Shown: positions 39,133 to 52,697, counted from the first letter of the stretch. The stretch is 64,000 nucleotides of DNA from Mustelus asterias (GCF_964213995.1 NC_135807.1:96844001-96908000), one strand, 5' to 3'. The notes: a model not told the origin generated them from the sequence alone. Numbers and translations: made by a program.

Positions 39133-39228
39133 CCTGACGAAGGGTCACCCAGCCTCGAAACGTTGGCTCTATTCTCTCTTCACAGATGCTGTCAGACCTG
39201 CTGAGATTTTCCAGCATTTTGTTTTTGC
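39133..39228 (+). mobile_element. PLE family B pseudo-LTR beginning at the hammerhead core
   Basis: CTGACGA A GGGTCACCCAGCCTC GAAA CGTT GGCTCT...CACAGATGCTGTCAGACC. Confidence 0.75.
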
Positions 39229-39394
39229 TGTATAAGGTGCAACCCATGCAAGTACATAAAAGAACATTTTTACTAAGTACTTTAAAACTCAGCTTTTCAT
39301 ATTTATACAGCGTCTTATATGTTGATCTGTAAGAAGTGAACTTGGCTGGTCTCTGGGATCATGTTAATTTTCAAGTGTTAAAATGACATCACAT

Positions 39395-40242
39395 TGACAG
39401 GCTGGTCAGATGGGCAGAACAGTTGCAAATAGAATTTAACCCTAAAAAGTGTGAAGTGATGCATTTTGGGAGGACTAACACAGCAAGGAATACACAGTGA
39501 ATGGTTGGATGCTAGGAAGTATAGAGGACCTGAGGGACCTTGGGATGCATGTCCAAAGATCCCTGAAGGCAGCTGACAGGTAAATAAAGTGGTTAAGAAG
39601 GCATATGGGATACTTGCCTTTATTAGCCAAGGCATAGAGTATAAGTGCAGGGAGGTTATGATGAAGCTGTATAAACACTCGTTAGGCCACAGGTTGGAGT
39701 ACTATGTGCAGTTCTGATCGCCACACTATAGGAAGGATGAGATTGCACTAGGAGATTGCAGAGGAGATTCACTAGGATCGTGTCTGGGGGGCTGGAACGT
39801 TTCAGCTATGAAGAGAGGCTGGATAGGCTGGGGCTATTTTCCTTAGAGCAGAGAAGGTTGAGTGGGGAACTCATCAGGATGTATAAAATTGAGGGATATA
39901 GATAGGGTAGATGGGAAGAAACTTTCCCCTTAGTAGAGGGGCCAATAACCAGGGGGCATAGATTTTAGGTAAGGGACAGGTGATTTAGAGAGGAATTAAG
40001 GAAAATCTTTTCTACCCAGAGGGTGGTAGGAATCTGGAACTTGCTGCCTGAAAGGGTGGTAGGGATAGGAACCCTCACAACATTTAAGAAGCATTTAGAT
40101 GAGCACTTGAAACACCATAGCAGACAAGGCTATGGACCAAGTGCTGGAAAATGGGATTTGAATAGACAGGTATTTGATGGCTGCCACAGACACGATGGGC
40201 TGAAGGGCCTCTTTATGTGCTGTAAAACTCTATGACTATATG
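39395..40242 (+). mobile_element. Degraded CR1 3' part
   Basis: AAGTGTGAAGTGATGCATTTTGG, GGCCACAGGTTGGAGTACT; tail CTCTATGACTATATG. Confidence 0.85.
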
Positions 40243-40435
40243 GAAAATAGTTTGAGAAGCACTGATTATAGAGTATTTCTTTCTATATCTGTATGCTGCA
40301 ATTTTGAATATAATGTATTCAATGTTGGTAAAAATGGCAGTCACTCAGTCCTTCTGAATAATTCTTCATCTGGTACAACAAATCATAACTTGATATAAAA
40401 GGGGTTGAGTATGTTGCTGACTGTGTAATGCACTC

Positions 40436-40528
40436 AAAAACAGAAAATGCTGGAAAATCTCAGCAGGTCTGACAGCAACTGTGGGGAGAGTAGAGCCGAT
40501 GTTTCGAGTCCAGATTACCCTTCATCAG
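40436..40528 (-). mobile_element. PLE family B pseudo-LTR with hammerhead core
   Basis: Minus strand CTGATGA A GGGTAATCTGGACTC GAAA CATC GGCT; TSD AATGCACTC / AACGCACTC. Confidence 0.75.
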
Positions 40529-41122
40529 AACGCACTCCTCGGCTTCCATACCCATTCTTAGATATTTAAGGTTTTGCCAATATAAATTACTTCGTCAAAA
40601 GATCAGAATGTTCTTGAAATGAGGCCAGGATGTAGATGCAGTGTTTAGTTTGAACAGTTTGGTGAGAGGCATCCAGCAGTCAGTTATGCTACAAGAGCTT
40701 GTAAATCCAAGGTCATTTCCACACATCATTAACTTTCAATGATGAGGGTAATTGCTGGCTTTTGAAACATTTAACACAGTTCAGATATCTTGGGTCATGT
40801 TTTCCTGTAATATCGGTGTGACCTAATAGCACATTCTGAATTGTTTTAGCTTAGCCACTATTACTTAATATAGAGAAACTATTTGCAATGCACGTAACGA
40901 CTTAATCTTCTCCAGTTAGCATAGCACTGTATGATGCAGTGACGTGGAATATAGCAAATGCAATTACACTACAGCAGCTGTGTTGTTCAGTTGTGTTCAG
41001 TGTCAGTCTTGGCTCAGTTGGAGCACTTTCACCTCTGAGTCAGGAGTTCCAGTTCCAAGTTCTATTCCAAAATTGGAACAAAAAAAAATTAGTTGACACT
41101 CCAGGACATTACTGTTGGAGTG

Positions 41123-42350
41123 AAAACAGAAAATGCTGGAAAAGCTCAGCCGGTCTAACAGCAACTGTGGAGAGAGAAACAGAGTTAACGTTTTGAGGCC
41201 ATATGACTCTTCAGAGCTAAAGAGAGGGAGAAATGTGATGGATTTTATACTGTATAATAGGGGATGGAGCAGATGGAGTAAAATGAAAGATCAGTGATGT
41301 GTGAACTAGGAGAGATTGTACAAAGATGTTTAGGACTATAAAAGGTACATGTGTGTGTAGCTGTGTGTATAAGTGTTTTGCAAAGCGGTCATCCAGCCTG
41401 CATTTAGTCTCCCCAAGGTGGAGGGGACCCTGTTGGGGACTAACTTGAAGGAGGTGTAAGCTGTTTCATCTGAAAAGTCTTTTTGAGGCCTTGGGCAGAG
41501 AGGAGGTAAAGAGATGATTGCATAAGAAGCTGCCGTGGGAAGGAGATGAGGGGTTGGGGTGATGGAGGTGTGGACCAGGGTGCTAATTTTAGACTGTAAA
41601 CTTTCTCCTCCATCTTGACCCTTTATTTAGATCCAAAAACGTTTTGTTCCCTCCCCGTCGCACAGGGCCATTAGTCATTTTTTCTTAAATTTTGCTTTCA
41701 TTGAAAACTGACCTTTGTTCTTCTCTTAACATATTCTGCTATCTTACCTTTATGCTACTGTCAGCACCTTTTATAGTCTTTAACACGGCCATTAACACTT
41801 CCTTAGTTTTGTGTCCAAAGCATCTTTATGCAATCTCTCCTCACACATATCACTGACCTATTTTGTTCTATCTGCTCCACCCCTCCCCTTAATCAGTATA
41901 AATTCTATCACATTTCTCCCTCTCTTTAGCTCTGAAGAATAGTCATTGGAAGAATCAATAACTAGGAGGCACAGGTTTAAGGGTGCGAGGGGCAAGGTTT
42001 AAAGGAGATGTAAGAGGCAGATTTTTTACACAGAGGGTGGTTGGTGCCTGGAACTCGTTGCCGGAAGTGGATACGATAGTGACTTTTAAGGGGTGTCTTG
42101 ATAAATACATGAATAGGATGGGAATAGAGAGATATGGTCCCCGGAGGGGTAGGGCGTTTCCGTTAAGTCGGGCAGCACGGTCGGTGCAGGCTTGGAGGGC
42201 CGAAGGGCCTGTTCCTGTGCTGTAATTTTCTTTGTCCTTTGGTCTCAAAACGTTAACCCTTTATTTCTCCACAAATGCTGCCAGACCTGTTGCATTTTTC
42301 CAGCATTTTCTTTATTTCAGATTTCCAGCATTCACAGTATTATGCTTTTA
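41123..42350 (+). mobile_element. PLE family B with inverted pLTRs and inverted GIY-YIG remnant, nested in a SINE, containing a CR1 3' end (41947-42240)
   Basis: Minus-strand LHLGETKCRLDDRFAKH near 41375-41430; imperfect 15-bp TSD ATTACTG...GAGTG. Confidence 0.75.
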
Positions 42351-45300
42351 AATTACTGACAGAGTGCTGCATTGTCAGAGGTGCTGTCTTTTGGATGAGA
42401 CAGTAAACCAAGTCTGCTCTGTCAGGTAGCTGTAAAAGATCTGTGGCAGATTTTGAAGACAGGAAGGGAAGTAATTACTGGTGTCTTGGGCAATATTTAT
42501 CCCTCAATCAACATCAATATTTATCCCTCAATCAACATCTCAAGAATAGGTGATCTGGTCAGTATCATGCTATTTGTTACAGCTTGTTCTGTACAAATTG
42601 TCCTCCCATGTTTCCTATGTTGCATTACACATTGATTACACTTCAAAAATGCTGCAGTGACTGCAAAGTGCTTTGTGACATAGAATCATAGAATCTCTAC
42701 AGTGCAGAAGGAGGCCATTCGGCTCATCGAGTCTGCACTGACTTTCCAACAGAGCATCCCATTCAGGCCCTATCCCCGTAACCCCTAGATCATGGTGATG
42801 TTTATCTTTCAATATTTCCAGCTCATGTGCCTGCCCTGTTCCCATGAATTTTTATCACCCTTTCCTCCAACCACTTATCTAAGCCTTTCTTCATACTTGT
42901 ATTTCTTGATATCTGGCAGAATCCTGGTGAGTCTGTACTGAACCTTTTTGTGACCCTAATGTGCCACAGAATTCATGCTGAACTGCGACAGGGGTCTTTC
43001 CTAACGGATGTAGCCATATCTACTTTTATATTCTAGAGACCTCTGTGCTTGAATGTCTTGTGTTTCAAACAGTTTTGTTCCCAGGGAAAAATTAAGATAA
43101 CAACAGCAGTTTATTTAGCACTACTAGCCTAATAAAACATCCCAAATTGATTAACAGGAGCATTATAAAGCAGAAATATGATTACTGAGCCATATAAGCA
43201 GACATTGGGCAAGATGATCAAAAGCTTAGTAAAGTATGTAGGTTTTAAGAAATGTTTTAAAGGAGGAAAGTGAGGTAGAGATGCAGTGAGTATCCAATAG
43301 CTGTGAACACAGGATATAAATTTGTCTTTTTTTCAATAAATAACAACCAAATCTCGTTAATTGGGATTCAAGATAAATTGCATTATAATTAAATAAAGCG
43401 GAAGTAGAGTTAGGCTTGTGATCTCAGTCCTATACCTGCACAGCATATTCATGCTTTAACTTTTTAGCACGTTTGTTGGTAAAATAGTAAGTCGAAAAGC
43501 TGACTGCACATGTTTAATGAACACAAGTGCTTTACTTCCTCAGCTACTGAATGATGGCAGATGTTTTGTTAAATAAATATGCAGAAGCAAACTTTTGCAT
43601 GCGAAAGTAAGGTAATTTCTGCTAAAATGGTGTCACCAGAGCCACACCTGTCACTAGCCAGTGGTTTCTTTTGGACAGCATTGATCTATGACTATATTAA
43701 AGCAAGACACTGACATGCATTATGGAGATCCTCTGCTTTTTACATGAGTTCAGACAGGGATGAATCTGTCTGCAGTGTCATGGAAATGGAAAAGAAAGTT
43801 TGGATTAAGGAATAGAAAAAGAGACAAAGGAATAGTAAGGTTTTGAAGAAGATTTTACATTTTAAAAATCTGTATCAATGCATGGATGAGACTGAACACT
43901 TAAAATTTTTCCCATTTTGGGCCAGAGAGGGTGATTGACATTGCATTAATAATTAGCATGATAATAAAAAGGTATGTGTGCTCCTAATTGCCAGACTTCA
44001 CTATTAATGTGCAATTAATATGCTAATCCAACAAGCTCTTAAAAATAATGAGGCCAAGGGCAGCAAGTTTTTTTGTGCAAATTAAACAGTGAAGTGATCT
44101 AAATTGATTAGCAACTTCTAGAGATTCACAATTCACAGCTTGCCTCAGTCTCCTGAATTTGCTATGATTTTAACATTTAATAACAATGTGCATTAACATA
44201 TTTATTTTTCAGGAAGAATTCAGCCTGACATTGCTAAAGTTTATGCACCAAATGTTTTTCTAGTATAATGGTATTTCAGTTGTGCAGAAAATGATGTTCT
44301 AGCATAATCCCTTTTGGTAGTGATTTAATGTGCAATCACTCAAGTAAGCCATGTTAATTCAGTTTTCATCATTTGCTCGTTCCAATTTGCTTATGCCTAA
44401 TCTTAAATCAGAGTACACGAGAAAGAAAGGAATTTATATTTACATAGTGCCCTTCACAAACCTCAGGAGCCCCAAAACTCATTACAGCGACTGGAATACT
44501 TTTGAAGTCTAATTTTGCTTTTGCCTGTATGGATGCTTTGGACTTTGATGAAATAAAATGATTTGCTGGCAACACAAACATAGAGGTGAACTATAAAATT
44601 ACCTCGGGAAGTTAGTAAATGGGCAGCTATGTGGGAAATGCAGTCGAGTTTCATTAAGTGAGAGACAATATATTTTGGGAGAATAAGAAAGAGCTAGGGC
44701 TAGATACTTGATTGATAACCACCAAAGTGTGAGAGTAGGTAGATAAAATGCTATTGACTTTTTAGTGGCTTTTGGTTTTATATAAAGCGCCATAGAGAGG
44801 CAAAATAAAGTTTCCTTTATTACTGCTATATCAAACACACAGATGAAATATAGCACAAATTACCTACAGTATAATTTTTGTTTTGATAAGATGACATTCA
44901 TCTTGACAGAAGGAGTGACAATAATGCACAAACAAAAGAATCCATCAGCTTGAAGATGTAATGTATTGACCAGGTTCAATTGTCTTTGCTTTTGTCAGCA
45001 TGCTAGAATTGGGGAGTTACAATTCTGTATTTGAGAAAACCCTATTACATTTTGCACCATATATGTGATTAGAGAATCTAAAGATTGTTGGTCACAAGTT
45101 TTTTTTATGATTCTAAACGTCATCCAACGGTGCTGCACATAAAGATAATTTAATAGAAGTCACTGCAACTTAATACCAGAACTGTGGTGTTATATCTATC
45201 AGATGTGCACAAACAGGCTAGGTCTCTTTTCTCATAAAAAGAAAAAGACTGAGGAGTGACCTACCAGAAGTCTCTAACATTATGAAAGATTTTGATGAAA

Positions 45301-45663
45301 TAGCCACACAGTGAGTGGCTACCCAATGTGCGGGATCAGCAAATTTGAGATTATTGATACGAGATAGTCACCAAGAAATAAAATGCAGAGTTCAGAAGAA
45401 ACTTAGTAGCACAAGGGGGTAGTTGAAGTGGATAGCATAGATGTGTTTAAGGGGAAGATAGTCAAGAAGGAGACAGGAATAGAGGGATATTCTGATATAA
45501 TTGTGACAATGGATGGGAACATCCCTGAATGGGGCATAAATGACAGCATAGAACTGGTTGGCTCAGATAGCTTCTTTCTTTGTGCTGTATTCAATATAAT
45601 GCTATGTATTTTACTTTGTGTTCCCTATCACCTGAATCCAGATAGCTAGTCGACTGCGACTTC

Positions 45664-45781
45664 ATGAATAATCTCAATGAACCAGTGTGGAATATTTGCC
45701 CTGGTCGCCGGGATGGTGGAGGTGATGGAAGCAAATGGAATTATGCTTTGCTCGTGCCTATGTTGGGACTGGCAGCCTTCC
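45664..45781 (+). CDS. CCDC127: Coiled-coil domain-containing protein 127, first coding exon
   Basis: MNNLNEPVWNICPGRRDGGGDGSKWNYALLVPMLGLAAF matches the conserved CCDC127 N-terminus; C|GTAAGT donor; upstream CAG acceptor near 45641. Confidence 0.95.
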
Positions 45782-46119
45782 GTAAGTGTTGTGAATTGAG
45801 ATTTATGATGCCATGTTCTGGCTGTACCATTTTCCCCCTTAACATTGTAAAACAGTGCTTTGGGAGTAAAAACAGACCTGGGAACAGAAGTGGGCCATTC
45901 AAACTTCTGATTTTTTTTTCAGTGAATAACCGCTCCCCACCCCCCCAAATCTCCCCCACCGATTTCCTTATGCTAATAATATTGCTGTTGTATGATAAGA
46001 TATACATGCTTCATAGTTATTTGTTGATGTCTGTTATCTATAGTTCAAAGTTTTTCTCCTACACGTTTTAGAAAAAAGAGCAAATTGGAATAAAAGTAGT
46101 CTTAATTTTGTTTCTCAAG

Positions 46120-46799
46120 GTTGGATCTGGTCCAGGGAATCGCAGAAAGAGATTGAGCAAGTAAGAGCAGCATGTAAGAGCACAATAGACACTATGGAAA
46201 AAGATCTCAAGTTGAAGTATGAAGACACGATTATTCAGAATCGACGCTTACTTGCACATTGTGAGTTAGAGCAGGAGAAGCTCAAAAATAAAGTCCAGAG
46301 TTATCGTGAAGCCCTCTCATCACAGAGCCGGCAGTTGGTTGAAGAACGCAGACAGCTAGAGCAAGAACGCTTAAATTTAGAACAGAAGAAACATTCCCTG
46401 CAATATTCTGGTGTAGCAGGTGCTTTGTATCAGGATATGGTGGTGAGGGAAGGAGTGTGGGAAAGCCAAGCTAGATCACTAATAAAAGAATTTGAAAAAT
46501 CCCTGGTCAACAGGCAAAGCCTGTTCTGCAGCTACTTTAGACCACGGCAAGAAAGACTGGAATTAGAAAGGAAGATGCTTAGCCAAGCTGCTACAGACCC
46601 AGTAGCTAGAGAGTTGGATATTGAAGTTGGCTTGAACAATATATTTAAACATGAAACACACTGTGCGACTGTGCATAACATGGACAAAAGACAAAATGGC
46701 AGGTTAATGTGGATATATCTTGCATACTGGGAGCTTCAAGCTGAGCTACAGAAATTCAAGAAAGTAGAAGCAGCCTTAATGGGGAAACAAGTCAACTAA
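46120..46799 (+). CDS. CCDC127: CCDC127 terminal coding exon (coiled coil)
   Basis: TTTCTCAAG acceptor then (R)WIWSRESQKEI...DKRQNGRLMWIYLAYWELQAELQKFKKVE...*; total CDS 798 nt = 265 aa; adjacency to SDHA matches vertebrate synteny. Confidence 0.95.
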
Positions 46800-47584
46800 A
46801 ATGGTGATGATTTTTCTGTAAATAGGTAGTCATTGTACTAGAAATTGTTGGAAGATAATGATGAATTAGCTTTATTATCAGTTCACAAATTATCCTGCAA
46901 TTTGAAGTGGAGAGCTACATCATGAGTTCAATTCTGCACAAATTGTGGACGATTTAATATTAGCCATGCAAAAGATTTTAAAAATTGAGATCGCATTGTG
47001 AGCCCCTCCATTACATCATGACATTTCTGAATTTGTGCTGTAATTGCAAATTATTCTCATTGCTGCCATTTGGAGCTGGTATTTAATGCAGTAAGGATGC
47101 TGTTAATGATCAGATTCATGGTCCTAACTGTGACACTCCAACCCTGCAGGCTCTAAATGGGAACAATTGACACTGCCATCCCTCACTCCAGCACGTGTTG
47201 TTCCTAGAAGTTTTTAAAACTGCTTTAATTGAAAAATGCAAATTAGATTGATTTCTTTCACACAATCGTTTTTATGTGAGGATGAGTAATTTGAGACATT
47301 TAGCGTTCTTGGGAGTTAAAAAACGGCATTGGTCATGTCATTGCCAAAGCTCTTCACCACTGAGTATTTGTGCATGTTTGCCTGGATCTGCATTGGCCTT
47401 ATTCATAGAGACTGAAAGCTATCATGAGACAACTCCATATCAATGAGAATAAAGCAATTCTGCGACTACCAGAATAGTTGAAAGCAAATGAGATGAACTC
47501 GGGCATTTCTTTTTTTTAGCAATTCCTATGTTCTTTGAAAGTAGCTTCATGATCATAATCATGATGGGCTGCTTTTTTTGTTGA

Positions 47585-47742
47585 TAAATGCAAAATAATG
47601 CGGATGCTGGAATCTGAAACAAAAACAGAAAATGCTAAAAAATCTCAGCAGATCTGACAGCATCTGTGGAGAGAGAATAGAGCCAAGGTTTCGAGTCTAG
47701 ATGACCCTTTGTCAGAGTTCTGATGCATTTTCTGTTTTTGTT
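47585..47742 (-). mobile_element. PLE family B pLTR + tail downstream of CCDC127 stop (possibly 3' UTR); hammerhead core mutated
   Basis: Minus strand CTGACAAAGGGTCATCTAGACTCGAAACC; flanking GCTGCTTTTT repeats. Confidence 0.7.
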
Positions 47743-50689
47743 GCTGCTTTTTCTGTAGTTCATTGGTCAAGAATGTTATACCCTTCCATTTCCTCATTTA
47801 CTTCTCCAGGAACAATAAAGCAATTCCCAAACACAATTAGACTACAATGTCCTCTCTGATTATTTCTTTTAGTTCGTGTACTTTTCCTTTGTGTACCTTT
47901 TTCTTTCTCCCTTAATCCACTCTCTTTATTTCTCTTTTGGTACCTAAATTGACTCAAATTGAACCTGTTTCTTTACCTGTCGTATGTTGTGTTTCTTCTC
48001 TATTCTTTTCAATGGTTAAGATGATAGTTCACTGGATCCAATATTCACAAACTGCTAGGTTTGACTTTGAAGTGGCTCCGCCATTACCATTTACATTTCC
48101 AGCAATTTGTATTGCAAATATAGTATCATCTATGTATAGGGTGAGAAATTAAGTCAAATTCTTGGCAGTCACCTCATGATGCGCCCGCCATTCTAGCAAT
48201 TTCTGGGTCAGCGTGTCCCGTTATAGACCTAGTTGGATATTGTTGCACCATTCACTACCAAAGGAAACATTCAGCCAATATAAGTAAAATCCACTGGTCC
48301 TTCAATCAACTATCATAAGAACATAAATAGGAGCAGGAATTGGCCATTCGGCCTCTCAAGCCTATTGTGTCATTCAATAAAACCATGATTGATCTGAACA
48401 TGGTCTTAGCTCCACTTTCTTGCCACTTGCCCATAATCCTTGACTCTTTTGTAGATCAATAACCTGTCTAACTCAGGCTTGAATATGTCCAATAATCTAG
48501 CATCCACATAATGAAGTCATCTCCATGGATAATGGAAGCTGACAGATAATCTGTAAGTCTCCTTTCACCAGGTGTTCGAAGTCAACTTTGTGAATTTTCC
48601 ATTCCATTTTGAATTGAAAGCTTTTTTTTTGGTCACCCCAAAAATCTTGGGAGGAATAATAAGTGATAATAATGAGTCCTGATAACTGAGATGGTAAGCA
48701 CAGTATAAAAATCTTCATCTCTTTTGGTTTCAGATTCCAGCATCTGCAGTAATTTGCTTTTATAAAAATCTTCACTTTCTGCTTGGGATTGTTTGTGTCA
48801 CCTACATCAGTAACATTTACTTCATGTTTTGAATGGTCTCTTCCATAGAAAGGTGGGTCAATTGTTCAAATACAGTAATAAGAAGAAGAGCAGGCATACT
48901 GCACATCAACAGATGTGTGTCCAATATACTAAAAACTTTTATGGTTGATCTGTTGTTCAGATTATACCTTGTTACCTACTGCTTCACATCAGAGACACAG
49001 GGAGGGTTGAAGTACGCATACATTGCACAACTCCAATTGTGGCATTGTTCAGCGATTCAGTAGGTGGTCCATGAATGTTTTATTTAAATGATTACCACTT
49101 ACAGGACGACTGTGCTGATCATGGGGAATTTCACAGTAACTTCATTGCAGTGTTAATGTAAGCCTTATATGTAACTAATAAATAAACTTTAAATAAAGCA
49201 TTGAGAATCATGGTGAAGGGATGTGTGTAGATTTGTGGGATTTTGGATCATGTCTAAGGGGTTTGAAATCAATTGGTTTTGGATTGTGTATAAGAGGTTG
49301 AACTCATGAGATTGGAATATGGGGAAAGAATTTAAACCACCTGGTTTTGAATTATGTATAAAAATCTGTTGGATTTGTTGCATTATTTTTAAGGGATTTT
49401 CAATGAGAATATGCTGTGCTTGTTCAAATATTTCATTGTTTGAGTGTATGTCTTTTTTTTAAGCTCTTGTGAAATTTCAATGCAGTAAAGGTGTAAATTA
49501 TATCTGGACTGATGAAAATACATCCTGTAAAATAAAAATAATCATTATGCTCACTGCCTTGGTCCTATTTGTTGAATAAACAACACTTTAGTATTCGTAT
49601 TCCACTGTTTGTTAATGTTTCCAATTTTCTTCCTGTTTTCACTGGAAATGAGAGGGTTTAGATGTGATTTCTATTTTTAGGATTCATTAGGGACTGAATA
49701 ATGTGAACCATAGCAAGCTATTTCACCTTCTCCAGCACCATAAAACGAGTGGACATGGCATGTATTTGAAGGGCAATTGAGATGCAAGAAGAGGAGGGAT
49801 AGATTTTGAATAATTTGAGGCAAAAGATGGAAAGTATAGTAGCTTTAGAGGAACATATGACTTTGAATCAATGATTCCCAAAATCCGTGACCATTGAGGT
49901 TTTCCTCGTGTCCTGTCTGGGTCTGTTGTGGGTTAATTGATAAGAGATGATTGCTGCAATTACAATGTACTGACACGTATTCCAGTGAGTGCCAGTAGAT
50001 AATCTTTAGGAGCTCTGACATTTTTTTTCTCTCTGCTCCTTCAGCCTGGACAACTGAAGCCTATTATAGTCATAGAATGTTGCAGCGTAGAAAGTTAGTC
50101 AGTCCATGATGCCTGTTCTGTCTGAATTAATGCTGTTCCAGCTACGATCACAGACTGAGATTCAAGCACTGGGTTGGCCGTCTAATGTGTGTGGCTTAAT
50201 GCAACATTGGATCTTGCCTTGTGTAGTTGGCTCAAGGGAAGCTAATGACACAGGTTAGGGAGAAGTTAGGGTTTAGGAGAAAATTAAACTTTGAAGCAAA
50301 GAGCATTAAGTACTGGTATGTTCCAGAGTTGATTGCCATTGTATTGGAAAGAATTTTGGGGAAGAATACATGTGTGGGAAATGCCGACTGATGCTTCACA
50401 CTGACGCCTCTGATGCTGACCCCAGGTTGAGCAATAATATTATAAATACTGAAGCTGTAAATGTGACCCACACATTGGAAGAGGAAGTTGTTCTTTGTGT
50501 GCTTTTTTTAAGTAAGATATGACTTCATGTATGCTATTGAGTTATTTTACAGTATTGTCACGCCCTGATTAACATCATATCAAATATCACTCAGAAACCC
50601 ATGGCACTGAAGGAGACCATTCAGCCCAGTATGTCTGTGCCAGCCAAATTCCACTTTCCAACTCCTGGTCTGCAGCTTTGTAGGTTACA

Positions 50690-51362
50690 GTATTGCAAGT
50701 GCTTATCAGAGTTTATTTTAAACCTGATGAGGATTCCTGCATCTACTTCCCTTTCAGGCAGTGCGTTTGAGACTCCCACCACCCTGGGTAAAAAAAAACT
50801 CCCGCTAATAGACCTTCCTATCCACTAACTAGACTGCTTATGATGTTCAACACCTCAATTAAATCTTCCATCTGCTTTCTCTGTTCCAAAGGAAACAACC
50901 CCATCGTAGCCAATCTTTCCTCATCGCCAAAGATTTCTAGCAACATCCTTGTAAATCTCCGCTGCACCATTTCTACTGTGATTACATCCTTCCTGTAATG
51001 TAACCAGATCTCTATGCAGTACTCTAGCTGTGGAAAAATAATTTTTTGTACAGTTCTAGCATAGCTTTCGTGCTCTTCCATTTTATGTCCAGGTTAGTAA
51101 AGTATCTTTAATCCACCTACTTGCTTGTATCTTCAGAGATGTGTCAACACGTACTCCAAGGTTCCTATCCTCCTCTACGCTTCTCAGTACCCTACCATTT
51201 ATTACCATTTTCCCTCCAAAAATGCATTACCTAATGGTTCTTTGGATTGAATTCCATTTGCCACTTTTCTGTCCAGTTGACCAGTCCATTGATGTCTTCC
51301 TGCAGTCAACAGCTTTCTTCCTCAATGTCAATCAAATAGTCAATTTTTGTATCATCAGCAAA
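50690..51362 (-). mobile_element. Degraded CR1 3' part
   Basis: PQLEYCIEIW, VQRRFTRML, EDLIEVLNII. Confidence 0.8.
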
Positions 51363-52697
51363 GCCCTAACTCATGTCCTCCTGCAATCTGTATTGTATGT
51401 TGCAGAGATGTTTCAAAGTGATGCAGAAGATGAATTTCCACGTGCAGCAGATCAGGAAATTAGGATTATTAAACTGATAGGAGTAGTTTCAACCTAATTT
51501 ATCCAGCAGAACACAGAGGATTAGTTTGGAAACCATCTGTTTTGTATCATCCAATTTCTTTACCCCCACCTTTGGTGGCTATGCCTTCAGCTGTATAAGC
51601 CATGGAGTTTTCTCCCCAAATTTCTTCTCTCTTATATTAAGATACTACTTAAAACCTACCTCTTCAACCAAATATTTTGTTACCTGTCTTAATGTCTCCT
51701 TTTTTGGTTCGGATACATTTTTTTGACAAGACGCTGTTGAAACGTTTTGTCCTGCACTCATCAAGACAGATGCAAGAATGCCACTTTCAAAGGGAGCAAC
51801 AATTTATACTGCATGAGAAAAGGGTTGGCAAGTCGACCATGGTTGAGGTGTTGCACTTGGGACTATACCAGGGTACTGTCACTTTTTAATGTCTGGACAA
51901 TTTTTGTTTTGCCTGTAGAGGACAGGTCTGTGTATGACTATATGTACCTTCTAACAAGTATAAATGAGCGATATTGGGAACACGATAATATTAAATCGAT
52001 AGTGTGATTCTTAGCATACTCGGGATTGTTTAGCAAGTGCTGTCCAATCACAAAATGGGATCTAACGTTAGACATGTTGTGAATTTTGCAAGCTTAAGCT
52101 GATTGAGTGCAAGTCAGCACTTTATTGTGAACAGCCAAATGGATATAAGGACATCACATCAACACTGAAATTCATATACTACTAACTGGATGCTGCCGTC
52201 AAGCCAAAAAGATGTTCTGCCTACCACACAATTGGTTCATGAATTTCAGTGGTAGTGTGATGCCAGGTATGTCTTCTCAAGTGTCCCAGTGACATGTGGA
52301 TCATGTCAAGTAGCACATCCCTTCAGCTGTTTGCAATACGCAAAGTCCTGACTATTCAACCAACCTGTTCCAGCAAGGCTCAGAACATAATGACTAAATG
52401 GGTTTCTGCAATTGGCTAGCATTTAAAATTTATCACCAGTGATGCAACAGCACAAAAAACAGCCCTTTTAAAATTCCCAGCCCCCCCATTCAACAAGAGT
52501 AAAACAGGAATAAACATAAATGCAAACGGGGCTGGGATGAAGGGTCTGTGCAGGTCAGGTTGCTTTCTAGTGTTTTCTAGGGCTTTCATTTGGATACCCA
52601 TTCTATGGACCAATGTTCTATGTTGACTATTTATTAAACAACAGGAACCAAGGGAATAGTGTTCCACTGTGTACAATAACAAAACACGAGGTGCGTA

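Noticed and set aside
42491-42540. 24-bp tandem duplication CAATATTTATCCCTCAATCAACAT
   Set aside because: Simple local duplication inside an old SINE with no sign of function
46194-46799. Stand-alone 201-aa ORF
   Set aside because: Internal Met of the CCDC127 last exon; the true frame starts at the 46120 acceptor
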